This document shows positions 13,131 through 26,400 of a DNA stretch of 64,000 nucleotides, piece by piece; the first letter of the stretch is position 1; every line of letters starts with the position of its first letter. Made by a program: the position numbers and the translations under genes. The notes beneath the pieces are model-generated. The model did not search any database. It was not told the origin of the DNA and saw only the letters and a list, made by a program, of their open reading frames with translations. Source of the DNA: Squalus acanthias (lineage: Eukaryota); contig CM059426.1 of the NCBI GenBank assembly GCA_030390025.1, forward strand, positions 27,094,001 through 27,158,000, in the 5' to 3' direction.

Positions 13131-14549
13131 AATTCCACCATAATTCAATGCTCCAGGTCATGAGCTAGTTATGAACTTGTTACACTCAGCAAAAGATAGA
13201 TGAGTTTAAACCTTTGTCAAGGCTGGATATGACCTTGCAAGGAATAAGTCTCAGAAAGCACCAGATAAGCTCATCATAAAAGCTACTACTGAACGGTCAC
13301 TGGTACAATGATTTAAGAATCGAATTGGTTGTTATGTAGTTTTTCTGCAACAGAACACCACCAATCCAACCCAACAGAATGACCATCATTACCTTTGAAA
13401 AGCAGGTTGGAAAGCACTTAACCACCACTTTGTAATTTGCTTCAGTAAACCTCATTCCAACTCTCGTGCACAACAATTATAAGATCACACGGCTCTTTTG
13501 CCTTTTTCCTACTTTGATCACAGCCACATATCCTGAAACTTAAAACACCCCCCTTGATTTTTATAAAATTCACATTTGGAATATTACCACATAGGTGATA
13601 TGTCACAACTTTAATCATTTTGAAAAAAAGAACACCTTTCAGCTAATTACCAATAAGCATTCTGTGGCAAGCTCATATAAGCAGGTTTATTTTACAGGAG
13701 CCCAGCCAACGAGAGCTCTGAAGTTCTCCAGTCAGATGCTATCCTGAATAGCAACAGTAGGACGTGCAGAGAACTGACGGCAGCGTAGATTCACAAACAT
13801 GTGGATTTATGAATCTGTTGGTTTAAGGCCACCTGATTCAGCAGAGTAAATCCAGAGAGCCAATCTCATATTTTCACTCGTAAGGATGGCCTCAAGAAAA
13901 TCTTTCCAAGTCCTAGAACCATTCCTGTGGGTAATAGTGCACAGTTCTTTGAACACAGCAGTATTTGCAAATATCATAAGGGTGTTCTCTCAAGCTATCC
14001 CTAAATCACTCTCTGACAGGGTTACATGGAGACTTGATACAAACAATCGGTATGAACAGGGAAAAGTATCTCTTCAACTCAGTTTCCATACAGCTTTCAG
14101 CCCGGTAGAATATTGTATTTTATAACACTGGGTAGGACAGGTACCAGAAACTGTATTTGAACTAGCAACAGACAGAGCGATAGTCTTTTCTGATAAAGGT
14201 TCAGATAATCTCCATTTAGCCATTTTTAGGTAGTGTACATTAAAACTGGTTGTGATTCATGACTGCATTTCCATTACCTACCACTAAGAGACACTATTGT
14301 CCAAACATCTCAACACTGAACAAACAACTCAAAAGGACATTCACCGACCAGTCCTATTACATAAACTCTCCTTTTGTATAGCAGTGTTAAATCCTCCACA
14401 AATCAAATTCCAGTTACTTTCCACTGATTGCTTGAGGTATGAGATTACATTTTGACAAACATATGACCAATGTTGTCCATGTCACCTGTTCATCTAAAAA
14501 AAATCTTTTCATAGCTGGTGAAAAGATAGAAACATGCTGGTTGAATGGT

Positions 14550-14678
14550 ACAAAGGCAAAATACTGCGGATGCTGGAAATCTGAAATTTAAACAGAAAAT
14601 GCTGGAAACACTCAGCAGGTCAGGTAGCATCTGTGGAGAGAGAAACAGAGTTAATGTTTCAGGTTGGTGACCTTTCAT
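14550..14678 (-). mobile_element. Short Penelope 3'-end insertion with 13-bp TSD
   Basis: ctggttgaatggt at 14537-14549 and 14679-14691 flanks a copy of the 6803-7010 tail. Confidence 0.85.
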
Positions 14679-14819
14679 CTGGTTGAATGGTTATTAGGAT
14701 AATCTCATAGTTGAAGTGACAAACCCAGAAAAACAAATCTTATTTATTTTAGTTTAACAACAAAATCTATTTTAATGCTGAAAGGTAAACTCCACACCCC
14801 ATGTTTAAATGACTTGACA

Positions 14820-16178
14820 GTCATAGAATATTACAGCACAGAAGGAGGCCCATCGTGCCTGTGCTGGCTCTTTGAAAGAGCTATTCAATTAATCCTACTC
14901 CTCTGCTCTTTTCCCATAGCCCTGCAATTGTTTCCTTTTCAAGTATTTAACCAATTCCTTTTTGAAAGTTACTATTGAATCTGCTTCCACCATCCTTTCA
15001 GGCAGCGCATTCCAGATCACAACAACTCGCTGTGCAAAAAAAGTTCTCCTCATCTCACCTTTGGTTCTTTTCCAATTACCTTAAATCTGTGACTTCTGGT
15101 TACCGACCCTCCTGCCAGTGGAAACAGTTTCTCCCTATCTACTCTATCAAAACCCCATTACATTTTAAACATCTCTATTAAATCTCCCCTTAACGGTCTC
15201 TGCTCTAAAGAGAACAATCCCAGCTTCTCCAATCTCTCCACATAACTGAAGTCCCTCATACCATTCTAGTAAATCTCCTCTGCACACTCTCCAAGGTCTT
15301 GACATCCTTTCTAAAGTGTGGTGCCCAGAATCGAACACAATACTCCAGCTGAGGCCTAACCAGTGATTTATAAAGGTTTAGCATAGCTTCCTTGCTTTTG
15401 TACTCTGTCTCGACGGATAAAGCCAAGGATCCCATATGCCTTTTCAACAGCCTGTCCACTTGTCCTGCCACCTTCAAAGACTTTTGTACGTAAACCCCCA
15501 GGTCTCTCTCTTCCTGTATCCCCTTTAACATTGTACCATTTAGTTTATATTGCCTCTCTCATTCTTCCTTTCAAAATGCACATTTCACACTTCTCTGCAA
15601 TAAATTTCATCTGCTATGTGTCTTCCCATTTCACCAGTCTGTCAATGCCCTCCTGAAGTCTGCTACTATCCTCCTCACTATTTACTACATTTCCAAGTTT
15701 CGTGTCATCTGCAAACTTCCAAATGATGCCCTGTATATTCAAGTCTAGGTCATTAATATATATCAAAAAGAGCAGTGGTCTTAATACCAACCCCTGGGGG
15801 ACACCACTGTATACTTCACCCTAGTCTGAAAAACAACCATCCACCACTATCTATTTCCTGTCCCTTAGCCAATTCCATATCCATGCTGCCACTGCCCCTT
15901 TAATCCCATGGTTTCAATTTTGCTAACAAGTCTATTATGTGGTACTTTATCAAATGCCTTTTGAAAGTCCAGATACACAACATCAGCTGCACTACCCTCA
16001 TCAACCCTCTCCGTTACTTCATCAAAGAACTCAATCAAGTTTGTCCGACATGATTTGCCTTTAACAAATCCGTGCTGGCTGTCATTTATCAACCCAAGTC
16101 TTTCCAAGTGACAAGTACTTTTGTCCCGGACGACTGTCTCAAAGTTTCCTCACCACCGATGTTAGGCTGGCTGGTCAG
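14820..16178 (-). mobile_element. CR1 LINE RT and 3' end
   Basis: SQHGFVKGKSC...YLDFQKAFDKVPH (15865-16107); LYKSLVRPQLEYC (15256-15531). Confidence 0.9.
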
Positions 16179-17099
16179 TCAGTCTTAATGTTTTTGATTC
16201 CTCCTAAATAACATTTCCTTTACTTGGACAACTCTGTAAACCACTCAGTTTTTGCTTGTAGTACAAAATGTAATCCAAACAGTTAGTTGAGATTTTAATT
16301 CCTTTATCCATTATCTTATAGATGTGTTTCATAAGATAGTCCCTCTCAACATTTTACTGATTGCATTCTGGAAATTTTCACCAATACTCTTTCTTAAAAT
16401 AGAAATCCAATTGTGTGCTAAAATTCACGCCAAATATTAGTTCAACAACTTATCTTTTCCTCCTCCACCACCTCCAAAAATGATATTCACTCAAGGCTAA
16501 GAAATGCTTTACTTTTCCACCTCTCCCAGTCATGCAACAAATGACCCCTTCATAAGAGAAATAAAGGTTTGTATTAGTACAGATGAGGGAGGCCATTCAG
16601 CCCATCTAGCTACCATCCACAGAAACCGATCGTTTCCCCCATGTCTCTCATCGTGTCCTTCAGACATCACAAAGCTGTTTGAAGTGCAGCAAGTGTTATG
16701 TAGGGAAACACAGCTGGCATAGATCCCACAAACAGCAATGAAATGAATGAGCAGTTGATAGGATATTAGTAGCAACTAGTTGATGGAGAAAGTTGGCCAG
16801 AACATTGTGAGAACGCTCTGATCATATAATAATGCAGTTGGATCTTTAAAACTGTGAGACATTTAAAATGTAAGATTTCCATACAACATAAATTAAATGA
16901 TATGCTTATTACAAAAACAACCTTGTAGTCGCCCAGACATCTTGATGTGAGTCACCCTCTCCCGAGTTAAAGATAAAATGCAGATCACCAAGGAGTGAAA
17001 ATTGGAGACGGTCACATGCAGTAAAATGGTTTCTACACAAGCACACAAGAAATAGGAGCAGGAGTAGTCCATACAGACCCGCTAGCCTGCTCCGCCATT

Positions 17100-19763
17100 C
17101 ATAGAAACATAGAAACATAGAAAATAGGTACAGGAGTAGACCATTCGGTCCTTCGAGCCTGCACCGCCATTCAATGCGTTCATGGCTGAACATGCTACCT
17201 CAGTACCCCATTCCTGCTTTCTCGCCATACCCCTTGATCCCCTTAGTTGTGAGTGTTATATCTAACTCCCTTTTGAATATATTTAGCGAACTGGCCTCAA
17301 CAACCTTCTGTGGAAGAGAATTCCATAGATTCACCACTCTCTGGGTGAAGAAGTTCCTCCTCAGCTCAGTCCTAAATGGCTTCCCCTTAATCCTTAGACT
17401 GTGACCCCTGGTTCTAGTTTTCCCTACCATTGGGAACATTCTGCCCGCATCTAATTTGTCTAAACCAGTCAGGATTTTAAATGTCTCTATAAGATCCCCC
17501 CTCATTCTTCTGAACTCCAGAGGATACAAGTTCAGTTGACCCAATCTTTCTTGATATGTCAGTCCGGCCATCCCAGGAATCAATCTAGTGAACCTTCGCT
17601 GCACTCCCTCAATAGCAAGAATGTCCTTCCTTAAGTTAGGAGACCAAAACTGCGCACAATACTCCAGGTGTGGCCTCACCAAGGCCCTGTACAACTGTAG
17701 CATCACCTCCCTACTCCTGTACTCAAATCCCCTTGCTATGAAGGCCATCATTCCGTTTGCTTTCTTGACTGCCTGCTGCACTTGCATTCCCACCTTCAGT
17801 GACTGATGTACCATGACGCCCAGGTCTCGTTGCACGTCCCCTTTCCCTAATCTGCCACCATTCAGGTAATAGTCCGCCTCTCTATTTTTACCACCAAAGT
17901 GGATAACCTCACATTTATCCACATTGTACTTCATCTGCCATACATTTGCCCATTCACCCAACCTGTCCAAGTCACTCTGTAGCCTCCTAGCATCCTCCTC
18001 ATTGTTCACACTGCCTCCCAATTTAGTGTCATCCGCAAATTTGGAGATATTACATTTAATCCCTTCGTCCAAATCATTAATATATAATGTAAACAGCTGG
18101 GGTCCCAGCACCGAACCCTGCGGTACCCCGCTGGTCACTGCCTGCCATTCTGAAAAGTACCCATTTACTCCTACTCTTTGTTTCCTGTGTGCCAACCAGT
18201 TCTCAATCCACGTCAACACATTACCCCCAATCCCATGTGCTTTAACTTTGCTCACCAATCTCTTGTGTGGGACCTTGTCGAAGGCCTTCTGAAAGTCCAA
18301 ATACACCACATCTACTGGTTCCCCCCTGTCCACCCTATTGGAAACATCCTCAAAAAATTCCAGAAGATTTGTCAAGCATGATTTCCCTTTCACAAATCCA
18401 TGCTGACTTGGACCTATCATGTCGCCACTTTCCAAATGGTCTGTTATGACATCTTTAATAATTGCTTCCATCATTTTACCCACGACCGATGTCAGGCTGA
18501 CCGGTCTATAATTCCCTGCTTTCTCCCTCCCTCCTTTTTTAAAAAGAGGGGTTACATTGGCCACCCTCCACTCCATCGGAACTGATCCAGAGTCTAAGGA
18601 ATGTTGGAAAATGATCGTCAATGCATCCACTATTTCCAAGGCCACCTCCTTAAGTACTCTGGAATGCAGACCATCAGGCCCCGGGGATTTTTCAGCCTTC
18701 AGTCCCATCAATTTCCCCAATACCTTTTCCCGACTAATAAGGATTTCCCTCAGCTCCTCCCTCTTACCAGATCCTCTGACCCCTTTTATTTCCGGCAGGT
18801 TGTGTGTGTCCTCCACAGTAAACACCGAACCAAAGTACTTGTTCAATTGATCTGCCATTTCCTTGTTCCCCATTACGACTTCCCCTGTTTCCGACTGCAG
18901 GGGACCTACGTTTGTTTTTACTAACCTCTTTCTTTTTACATATTTATAGAAGCTTTTGCAGTCCATTTTAATGTTCTCTGCAAGCTTCCTTTCATATTTT
19001 ATTTTCCCTGCCCTAATCAAACCCTTCGTCCTCCTCTGCTGAGTTTTGAAGTTCTCCCAGTCCCCGGGTTTGCTGCTACTTCTGGCCAATTTGTATGCAA
19101 CTTCCTTGGTTTTAATACTATCCCTGATTTCCCTTGTTAGCCATGGTTGAGCCCCTTCCCTTTTTTATTTTTATGCCAGACCGGGATGTACAATTGTTGT
19201 AGTTCATCCATGCGATCTCTAAATGTCTGCCATTGCCCTTCCACTGATAGCCCCTTAAATATCGCTTGCCAATTTAACCTCGCCAATTCACGCCTCATAC
19301 CCTCAAAGTTGCCCTTATTTAAGTTCTGGACCATGGTCTCTGACTTAACTGTTTCCTTCTCCATCCTAATGTAGAACTCCACCATACTATGGTCACTCTT
19401 CCCCAGGGGGCCTCGTACCACAAGATTGCTGATTAGTCCCTCCTCATTACACAACACCCAGTCCAGGATGGCCTCCCCTCGAGTTGGTTCCTCAACATAT
19501 TGGTTTAGGAAACCATCCCTTAAACACTCCAGGAAATCCTCCTCCACCGTATTGCTTTCAGTTTGAGTAGCCCAATCTATATGCATATTAAAGTCACCCA
19601 TGATAACTGCCGTGCCTTTTTTGCACGCACCTCTGATTTCCTGTTTCATACCCTCCCCCACCTCACTACTGCTGTTTGGAGGTCTGTACACAACTCCCAC
19701 TAACGTTTTCTGCGCTTTGGTGTTCTGCAGCTCAACCCATATTGATTCCACATCCTCCAAGCT
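17100..19763 (-). mobile_element. Young HER1-type CR1 LINE, 5'-truncated, nested in an older CR1 (17045-17099 + 19764-20252)
   Basis: (CATAGAAA)n tail; 629-aa open RT ORF and 223-aa APE part separated by one 1-nt deletion near 19153; host sequence ccattc|aataa rejoins across it. Confidence 0.95.
17200..19089 (-). CDS. CR1 ORF2 reverse transcriptase region (open, 629 aa)
   Basis: [45 protein letters not shown] motifs. Confidence 0.9.
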   Translation of the reverse strand: MARSSSKPGDWENFKTQQRRTKGLIRAGKIKYERKLAENIKMDCKSFYKYVKRKRLVKTNVGPLQSETGEVVMGNKEMADQLNKYFGSVFTVEDTHNLPEIKGVRGSGKREELREILISREKVLGKLMGLKAEKSPGPDGLHSRVLKEVALEIVDALTIIFQHSLDSGSVPMEWRVANVTPLFKKGGREKAGNYRPVSLTSVVGKMMEAIIKDVITDHLESGDMIGPSQHGFVKGKSCLTNLLEFFEDVSNRVDRGEPVDVVYLDFQKAFDKVPHKRLVSKVKAHGIGGNVLTWIENWLAHRKQRVGVNGYFSEWQAVTSGVPQGSVLGPQLFTLYINDLDEGIKCNISKFADDTKLGGSVNNEEDARRLQSDLDRLGEWANVWQMKYNVDKCEVIHFGGKNREADYYLNGGRLGKGDVQRDLGVMVHQSLKVGMQVQQAVKKANGMMAFIARGFEYRSREVMLQLYRALVRPHLEYCAQFWSPNLRKDILAIEGVQRRFTRLIPGMAGLTYQERLGQLNLYPLEFRRMRGDLIETFKILTGLDKLDAGRMFPMVGKTRTRGHSLRIKGKPFRTELRRNFFTQRVVNLWNSLPQKVVEASSLNIFKRELDITLTTKGIKGYGEKAGMGY

Positions 19764-22700
19764 CAATAAAATCATGGTTGATTTTCCAACCCAACTCCAC
19801 TTTACCATCCTATCCCCTTAGTGTCCAAAAATCTCTAACTCTCAGTCCTGAATATACTCAATGACTCAGCCTCCACAGCCCTCTGGGGTAGAGAATTCCA
19901 AAGATTCACAACCCTCTGAGTGAAGAAATTTCTCCTCATCTCAGTCCAGATGGCCGACCCCTTATCCTGAGACTATGACCCCTAGTTCTAGACTCTCCAG
20001 CCAATGGAAACAGCCTCTCAGCATCACCTCCCTTTCTTCTAAACTCCAGAGTGTATAGGCCCATTCCACTCAATCTCTCCTCACAGAACAACCCTCTCAT
20101 CCCAGGAACCAATCTAGTGAACTTTCGTTGCACCCGCTCCAAGGCAAGTATATCCTTCTTTAGATAAGGAGACCAAAACTGTACACAATACTCCAGGTAT
20201 GGTCTCACCAAAGCTTTATATAATTGCAGCAAGACTTCCTTACCCTTGTACTCGTGGGAGCACAGAGTACCCCAAAAATCCAAATTGGTAACATCAGGAA
20301 GAATGGGACAGGGATCTGGCAAAAGCAAGGACCCAAGACAGAACCAGATACAATATGCACCCCGCACCCCACCCCCCACCATTGAAGTTGCACTATTAAG
20401 CAGACTACCAACATGTTTCCTGACCCCATCCTCTACATTTTAAACTGCTACGAAAAACAATAAGAATAAAACCAGACGGACCACCCGGCATCGACTTTGG
20501 CACCGGCTACGGACACGACAACGACACACCCAGCCCAGTCGACCCTGCAAAGTCCTCCTCACCAACATCTGGGGACTTGTGCCAAAATTGGGAGAGCTGC
20601 CCCACAGACTAGTCAAGCAACAGCCTGACATAGTCATACTCACAGAATCATACCTTTCAGCCAATGTCCCAAACTCCTCCATCACCATTCCTGAGTATGT
20701 CCTGTCCCACCGGCAGGACAGATCACCAGGGGTGGCAGCACAGTGGTATACAGTCAGGAAGGAGTGGCCCTGGGAGTCCTCAACATTGACCCTAGACCCT
20801 ATGAAATCTCATGGCTTCCGGGCAAGGAAACCTCCTGCTAATTACCACCTACCGCCCTCCCTCAGCTGATGAATCAGTGCTCCGCCATGTTGAACACCAC
20901 TTGGAAGAAGCACTGAGGGTAGCAAGGGCACAGAATGTACTCTGGGTGGGGGACTTCAATGTCCATCACCAAGAGTGGCTCGGTAGCACCACTACTGACC
21001 GAGTCCTGAACGACATAACTGCCAGTCTGGGCCTGCGACAGGTGGTGAGAGAACCAACGTGGATAAAAACCTACTTGACCTCATCCTCACCAATGTACTT
21101 GTCGCAGATGCATCTGTTCATGACAGCATTGGTAGCAGTGACCACCGCACAGTCATTGTGGAGACGAAGTCCTGTCTTCACACTGAGGACACCCTCCATC
21201 ATGTCGCCCGGCACTACTAAATGGGATAGATTCAGAACAGATCTAGCAGCTAAAAACTGGGCATCCATGAGGCGCTGTGGGCCATCAGCAGCAGCAGAAT
21301 TGTATTCCACCATAATCTGTAACCTCATGGCCCGGCATATCCCTCACTCTACCATTACCATCAAGCCAAGGGACCAACCTTGGTTCAATAAGGAGTGTAG
21401 AACAGCATGCCAGGAGCAGCACCAGGCGTACCTAAAAATGAGGGGAAGCTGCAACACAGGACTACATGCATGCTAAACAGCGGAAGCAGCATGCTATAGA
21501 CAGGGCTAAGTGATCCCACAATTAACGGATCTGATCACAGCTCTGCAGTCCTGCCACATCCAGTCGTGAATGGTGGTGGATCATTAAATAACTAACGGGA
21601 GGAGGAGACTCCATGAATATCCCCATCCTCAATGATGGTGGAGCCCAGCACGTGAATGCAAAAGACAAGGCTGAAGCGTTTGCAGCCATCTTCAACCAGA
21701 AGTGCCGAGTGGATTATCCATATCGGCCTACTCCTGAGGTCCCCACCATCACAGAAGCCAGTCTTCAGCCAATTCGATTCATTCCACATGATATCAAGAA
21801 ATGGCTGAGCGCACTGGATACAGTAAAGGCTATGGGCCCCGACAACATCCTGGCTGTTGCGCTGAAGACTTGTGCTCCAGAACTAGCCGCGCCTCTAGCC
21901 AAGCTGTTCCAGTACAGCTACAACACTGGCATCTACCCAACAATGTGGAAAACTGCCCAGGTATGTCCTATCCACAAAAAGAACAAATCCAATCTAGCCA
22001 ATTACCACCCCATCAATCTACTCTCAATCATCAGCAAATTGATGGAAGGTGTCTTCGACAGTGCTATCAAGCAGCACTTACTCACCAATAACCTGCTCAC
22101 CGATGCCCAGTTTGGGTTCCGCGAGGACCACTCTGCTCCAGACCTCATTACAGCCTCGGTCCAAACATGGACAAAGGAGCTGAATTCCAGAGCAGAGGTG
22201 AGAGTGAATGCCCTTGACATCAAGGCAGCATTTGACCAAGTGTGGCATCAAGGAGCCCGAGTAAAACTGAAGTTGATGGGAATCAAGGGGAAAACTCTCC
22301 ACTGGCTGGAGTCATACCTAGTACAAAGGAAGATAGTTGTGTTGGTTGCAGGTCAATTATCACAGCCCAGGACATCGCTGCAGGGGTTCCTCAGGGCAGT
22401 GTCCTCGGCCCAACCATCTTCAGCTGCTCCATCAATGACCTTCCCTCCAACATAAGGTCAGAAATGGGGATGTTCGCTGATGACTGCACAGTGTTCAGTG
22501 CCATTCGCAACTCCTCAGATAATGAAGCAGTCCATGCCTGCATGCAGCAAGACCTGGACGACATTCAGGCTTGGGCTGGTAAGTGGCAATTAACATTCGT
22601 GCCACACAAATGCCAGGCAATGACTATCTCCAACAAGCGAGAGTCTAACCACCGCCCCATGACATTCAACAGCATTACGCCGAATCCCCCACCATCAACA

Positions 22701-23114
22701 TCCTGGGGTCACCATTGACCAGAGACTTAACTGGACCAACCACATAAATACTGTGGCAACAAGAGCAGGTCAGAGGCTAGGTATTCTGCGGCGAGTGTCT
22801 CACCTCCTGACTCCCCAAAGCCTTTCCCATCATAAGGCACAAGTCAGGAGTGTGATGGAATACTCTCCACTTGCCTGGATAAGTGCAGCTCCAACAACAC
22901 TCAAGAAGCTCGACACCATCCAGGAAAAACAGCCCGCTTGATTGGCACCCCATCCACCAGCTTAAACATTCACTCCCTCCAGCACACCTTGGCTGCAGTG
23001 TGTACCATCTACAAGATGCACTGCAGCAACTCACCAAGGTTTCTTCGACAGCACCTCCCAAACCTGCGACCTCTACCACCTAGAAGGACAAGGGCAGCAG
23101 GTGCATGGGAACAC

Positions 23115-23329
23115 GGTCATAAATCGCAAGTAACAACTCAGGAAGTACTACTGGGCGGCCAGCTGGGGCGCCGTCCAGGGAGTATAAATACTCAGGCATG
23201 GGCCCACCTTGGGCAGAGACAATCTGGAAACAGGAAGCTAGTGACTGCTAACTAGACCTCCATGTTTTGTTACAAGTTGATTAAAGCCTTGCTTTATGTT
23301 CAAGTGCGTAGTGAGTCTTTATTACGTCA
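23115..23329 (+). repeat. 5' LTR
   Basis: GGTCATAA...TTACGTCA; TATAAA at 23183, ATTAAA at 23280; matches the 3' LTR. Confidence 0.95.
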
Positions 23330-23429
23330 ATTTAATCAACTTGATATCGTCTCCACGCTTTGGGTGATTCGGAACAACCAGCTGCAACTCAAACCACAGA
23401 AGGGAACTTGGGCAAGAAACTGATCCATC

Positions 23430-26400
23430 ATGGAAAAACTCCTTAGACCCGCTCGTCTCGACCTGGACCCGAATGCACCTGCGGCAGCAAAGGTATGGAA
23501 GCATTGGTTTCGTACCTTTAGCAACTTTCTTGAAGAATGTGGGGCGGATGTCCCTAATAAGTTACGAATGCTTATCAACTACGTGTCTCCTCATGTGTAT
23601 GATTATATTGAGGACTGTATAGACTATGACACTGCTATCGAAATCTTACAGCAGCTATATGTCAAGTCCCCAAATGAAATCTTTGCTCGACACCTACTGA
23701 CCACAACTCGGCAGCAGCCTGGGGAATCACTCGATGAATTTCTCCAGAAACTTCGCAGGCTCAGCAAGGATTGTAACCTTAAAGCAGTTTCAGCTGAACT
23801 GTATCAAGAGGAACTAATCCGCGATTCCTTATCAATGGAATCGCGTCCCCTTTTATACGTCAGCGCCTGCTGGAAAATAAAACCCTCAATTTACGGGCTG
23901 CTTATGACCAGGCGTGTTCCTTGGACTTGGCCAAGAAAAATGCAGACACTTATCTCCCACCACGTGCACGGGCGGCGGCTATCTCCTTTAATGAGTCTTT
24001 CGGTAGGTCTCGGGCGGATGCCCCCACTGATGTTGACTCTACTCTAACGGACGACGACCCTACCCTAGAGGCCTTCGCTGATGACGACCCCGCCCTAGCA
24101 GCATCCTGGCAATCAGGAAGAAAGTGTTTCTTTTGTGGAGGGGCGTGCCATCACAGAAAATTTTGCCCGGCTCGTAATGTGACCTGCAATCATTGCAGCA
24201 AGAAAGGACACTTTTCCAAGGTATGCCAGTCACGGGCCTTTGCTAACAAGAAAGGCCGCTACTCTAAAGTATACCGGTCGAGAGCTCCTGTTAGCTTCAC
24301 AGCTGCTATCTATGCAGCTGCTCCTCCCCCAAGAACTACTGTTAAGGCTACAGTTGCCGAAGGGGAAATTGCCCCTCCTCCCATCACGGCTGTTTTTCCC
24401 CAAAGTTTGTCCCATGCAGCCACGAAGGTTTCAGTAAATGGGCACACTCTAAGCGCGCTAATCGACTCCTGCAGCTCTGACAGCTTCATTAGTAAGCGGG
24501 CTGTCAACAGGTTAAAACTGCACATTTATCCCTCGGACAGGGAGATTGCAATGGCTCTGACGACTCTGACCACCAATTCTTCTGGCTTCTGTCTGGTCAA
24601 CCTCATCCTCAACGGCCGCACGTATCTCTCCACCCGGCTCGGAGTACTCGCAAACTTATGCAGCGATGTGCTTCTGGGACAGGACTTCCAGAAGCAGCAC
24701 AAGATCATCACTTTTGAGTTTGGAGGGTCAAGGCCGGAGCTTACCATTTTTAAGGTGCCGTTTTGTGCACTCTCGGCGGCCTTACTCGGTGAACCCTCCC
24801 TGTTTGCCAATCTTCCCCCCCGCTGTAAACCCATAGCCACCAAATCGCGGCGCTTTAGCCAAGACGATCGAGCGTTTATTGAGGCGGAAATCTCTCGCCT
24901 TTTAGTCGACGGTATTATCGAGCCATGTTCATCTCCCTGGCGGGCTCAGGTCGTCATCGTGAGGAATCCCTTAAAACAACATAAAAAACGTCTGTGTATC
25001 GATTATTCGCAGACTATTAATCTATATACCGATCTGGATGCCTACCCGCTGCCACGCATAGATGACATGGTCAACAACCTTGCCAAATACAAGGTATTCT
25101 CGACCTTCGATTTAAAAAGCGCGTACCATCAGGTGCCACTGCAAGACTCCGACAAGAAGTATACGGCCTTTGAGGTCAATGGTCGGCTTTTCCAGTTTCG
25201 CCGCCTTCCATTCGGGGTCACCAATGGGGTGGCTGTCTTCCAACGGGCCATGGATGGCCTAGTCCGGCAAGAGAACTTGACGGATACCTTTCCGTATTTA
25301 GACAATATCACTATTGCCGGCCATGATCAAAAGGAGCATGACGCCAATCTTCAGCGATTTTTTGACGTACTCCGCCGTCGCCACTTAACGTTAAACGAAT
25401 CCAAATCGGTGAAGTCGGTGCCATCGGTGAACATTCTTGGCTACTGGGTGGGCAACGGTGTTATTAAACCGGACCCAGAGCGACTTCGTCCACTTCAGGA
25501 GCTCCCTCCCCCGACTAACCTCGGCTCTCTTCGTCGGGCACTTGGCATGTTTGCTTATTACGCAAAATGGATACCACACTTCTCCGATAAAATACAGCCC
25601 CTGCTCCATGCGAAGTCTTTTCCATTGGAAGCTACGGCTATTTCTGCCTTCAACCTCCTCAAACAACAGCTGGAGAAAGCCACGCTTCGCTCCATTGACG
25701 AAAATCTTCCTTTTGTGGTCGAATGCGATGCATCGGAGGTGGCGATCTCCGCTACCTTGAATCAAGGTGGCCGACCCGTGGCATTCCTATCCAGAACCTT
25801 GCAGGGTAGCGAGCTCCATTACCCCCCCGTCGAGAAGGAGGCTACGGCCATCATCGAGGCTGTACGCCAATGGGGTCATTTTCTTGCTCGGCGTCATTTT
25901 ACGCTTATAACTGACCAGCGCTCTGTGGCCTTCATGTTGGATAACCGGAGGCGCACGAAAATCAAAAATAATAAAATTCAACTCTGGAGGATGGAGCTGG
26001 CTGCCTTTGGATATACTATCTGTTACCGACCCGGCAAACAGAACGTGGCCCCAGATACCTTCACACGGGCATTTTGCTCCTCAATGTCAACGTCGACTCT
26101 GGCGGATTTGCATATGGACTTATGCCATCCTGGTGTGACCCGCATGTTGCACTTTGTGCGCTCCAAAAATCTACCATTTTCAACCGAGGACGTAAAGAAA
26201 ACATGCTCCTCCTGTAGGATTTGTGCAGAATTGAAGCCACAATTCTTTCGCCCATCAGATGGCTTACTCATACATGCAATGCAGCCTATGCAGAGGCTCA
26301 GCATAGACTTTAAAGGGCCATTGCCTTCGTCGACAAGGAACACCTACCTACTTACGATGGTGGACGAGTATTCACGCTTTCCCTTCGCCTTCCCCTGCCC

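Noticed and set aside
17100-17125. Short direct repeats CATAGAAA / CTATGTTT (also ~8805 and ~48355) as CRISPR or satellite
   Set aside because: They are the 8-bp 3' tail repeats of HER1/CR1 LINEs; there are no spacers and the context is eukaryotic.
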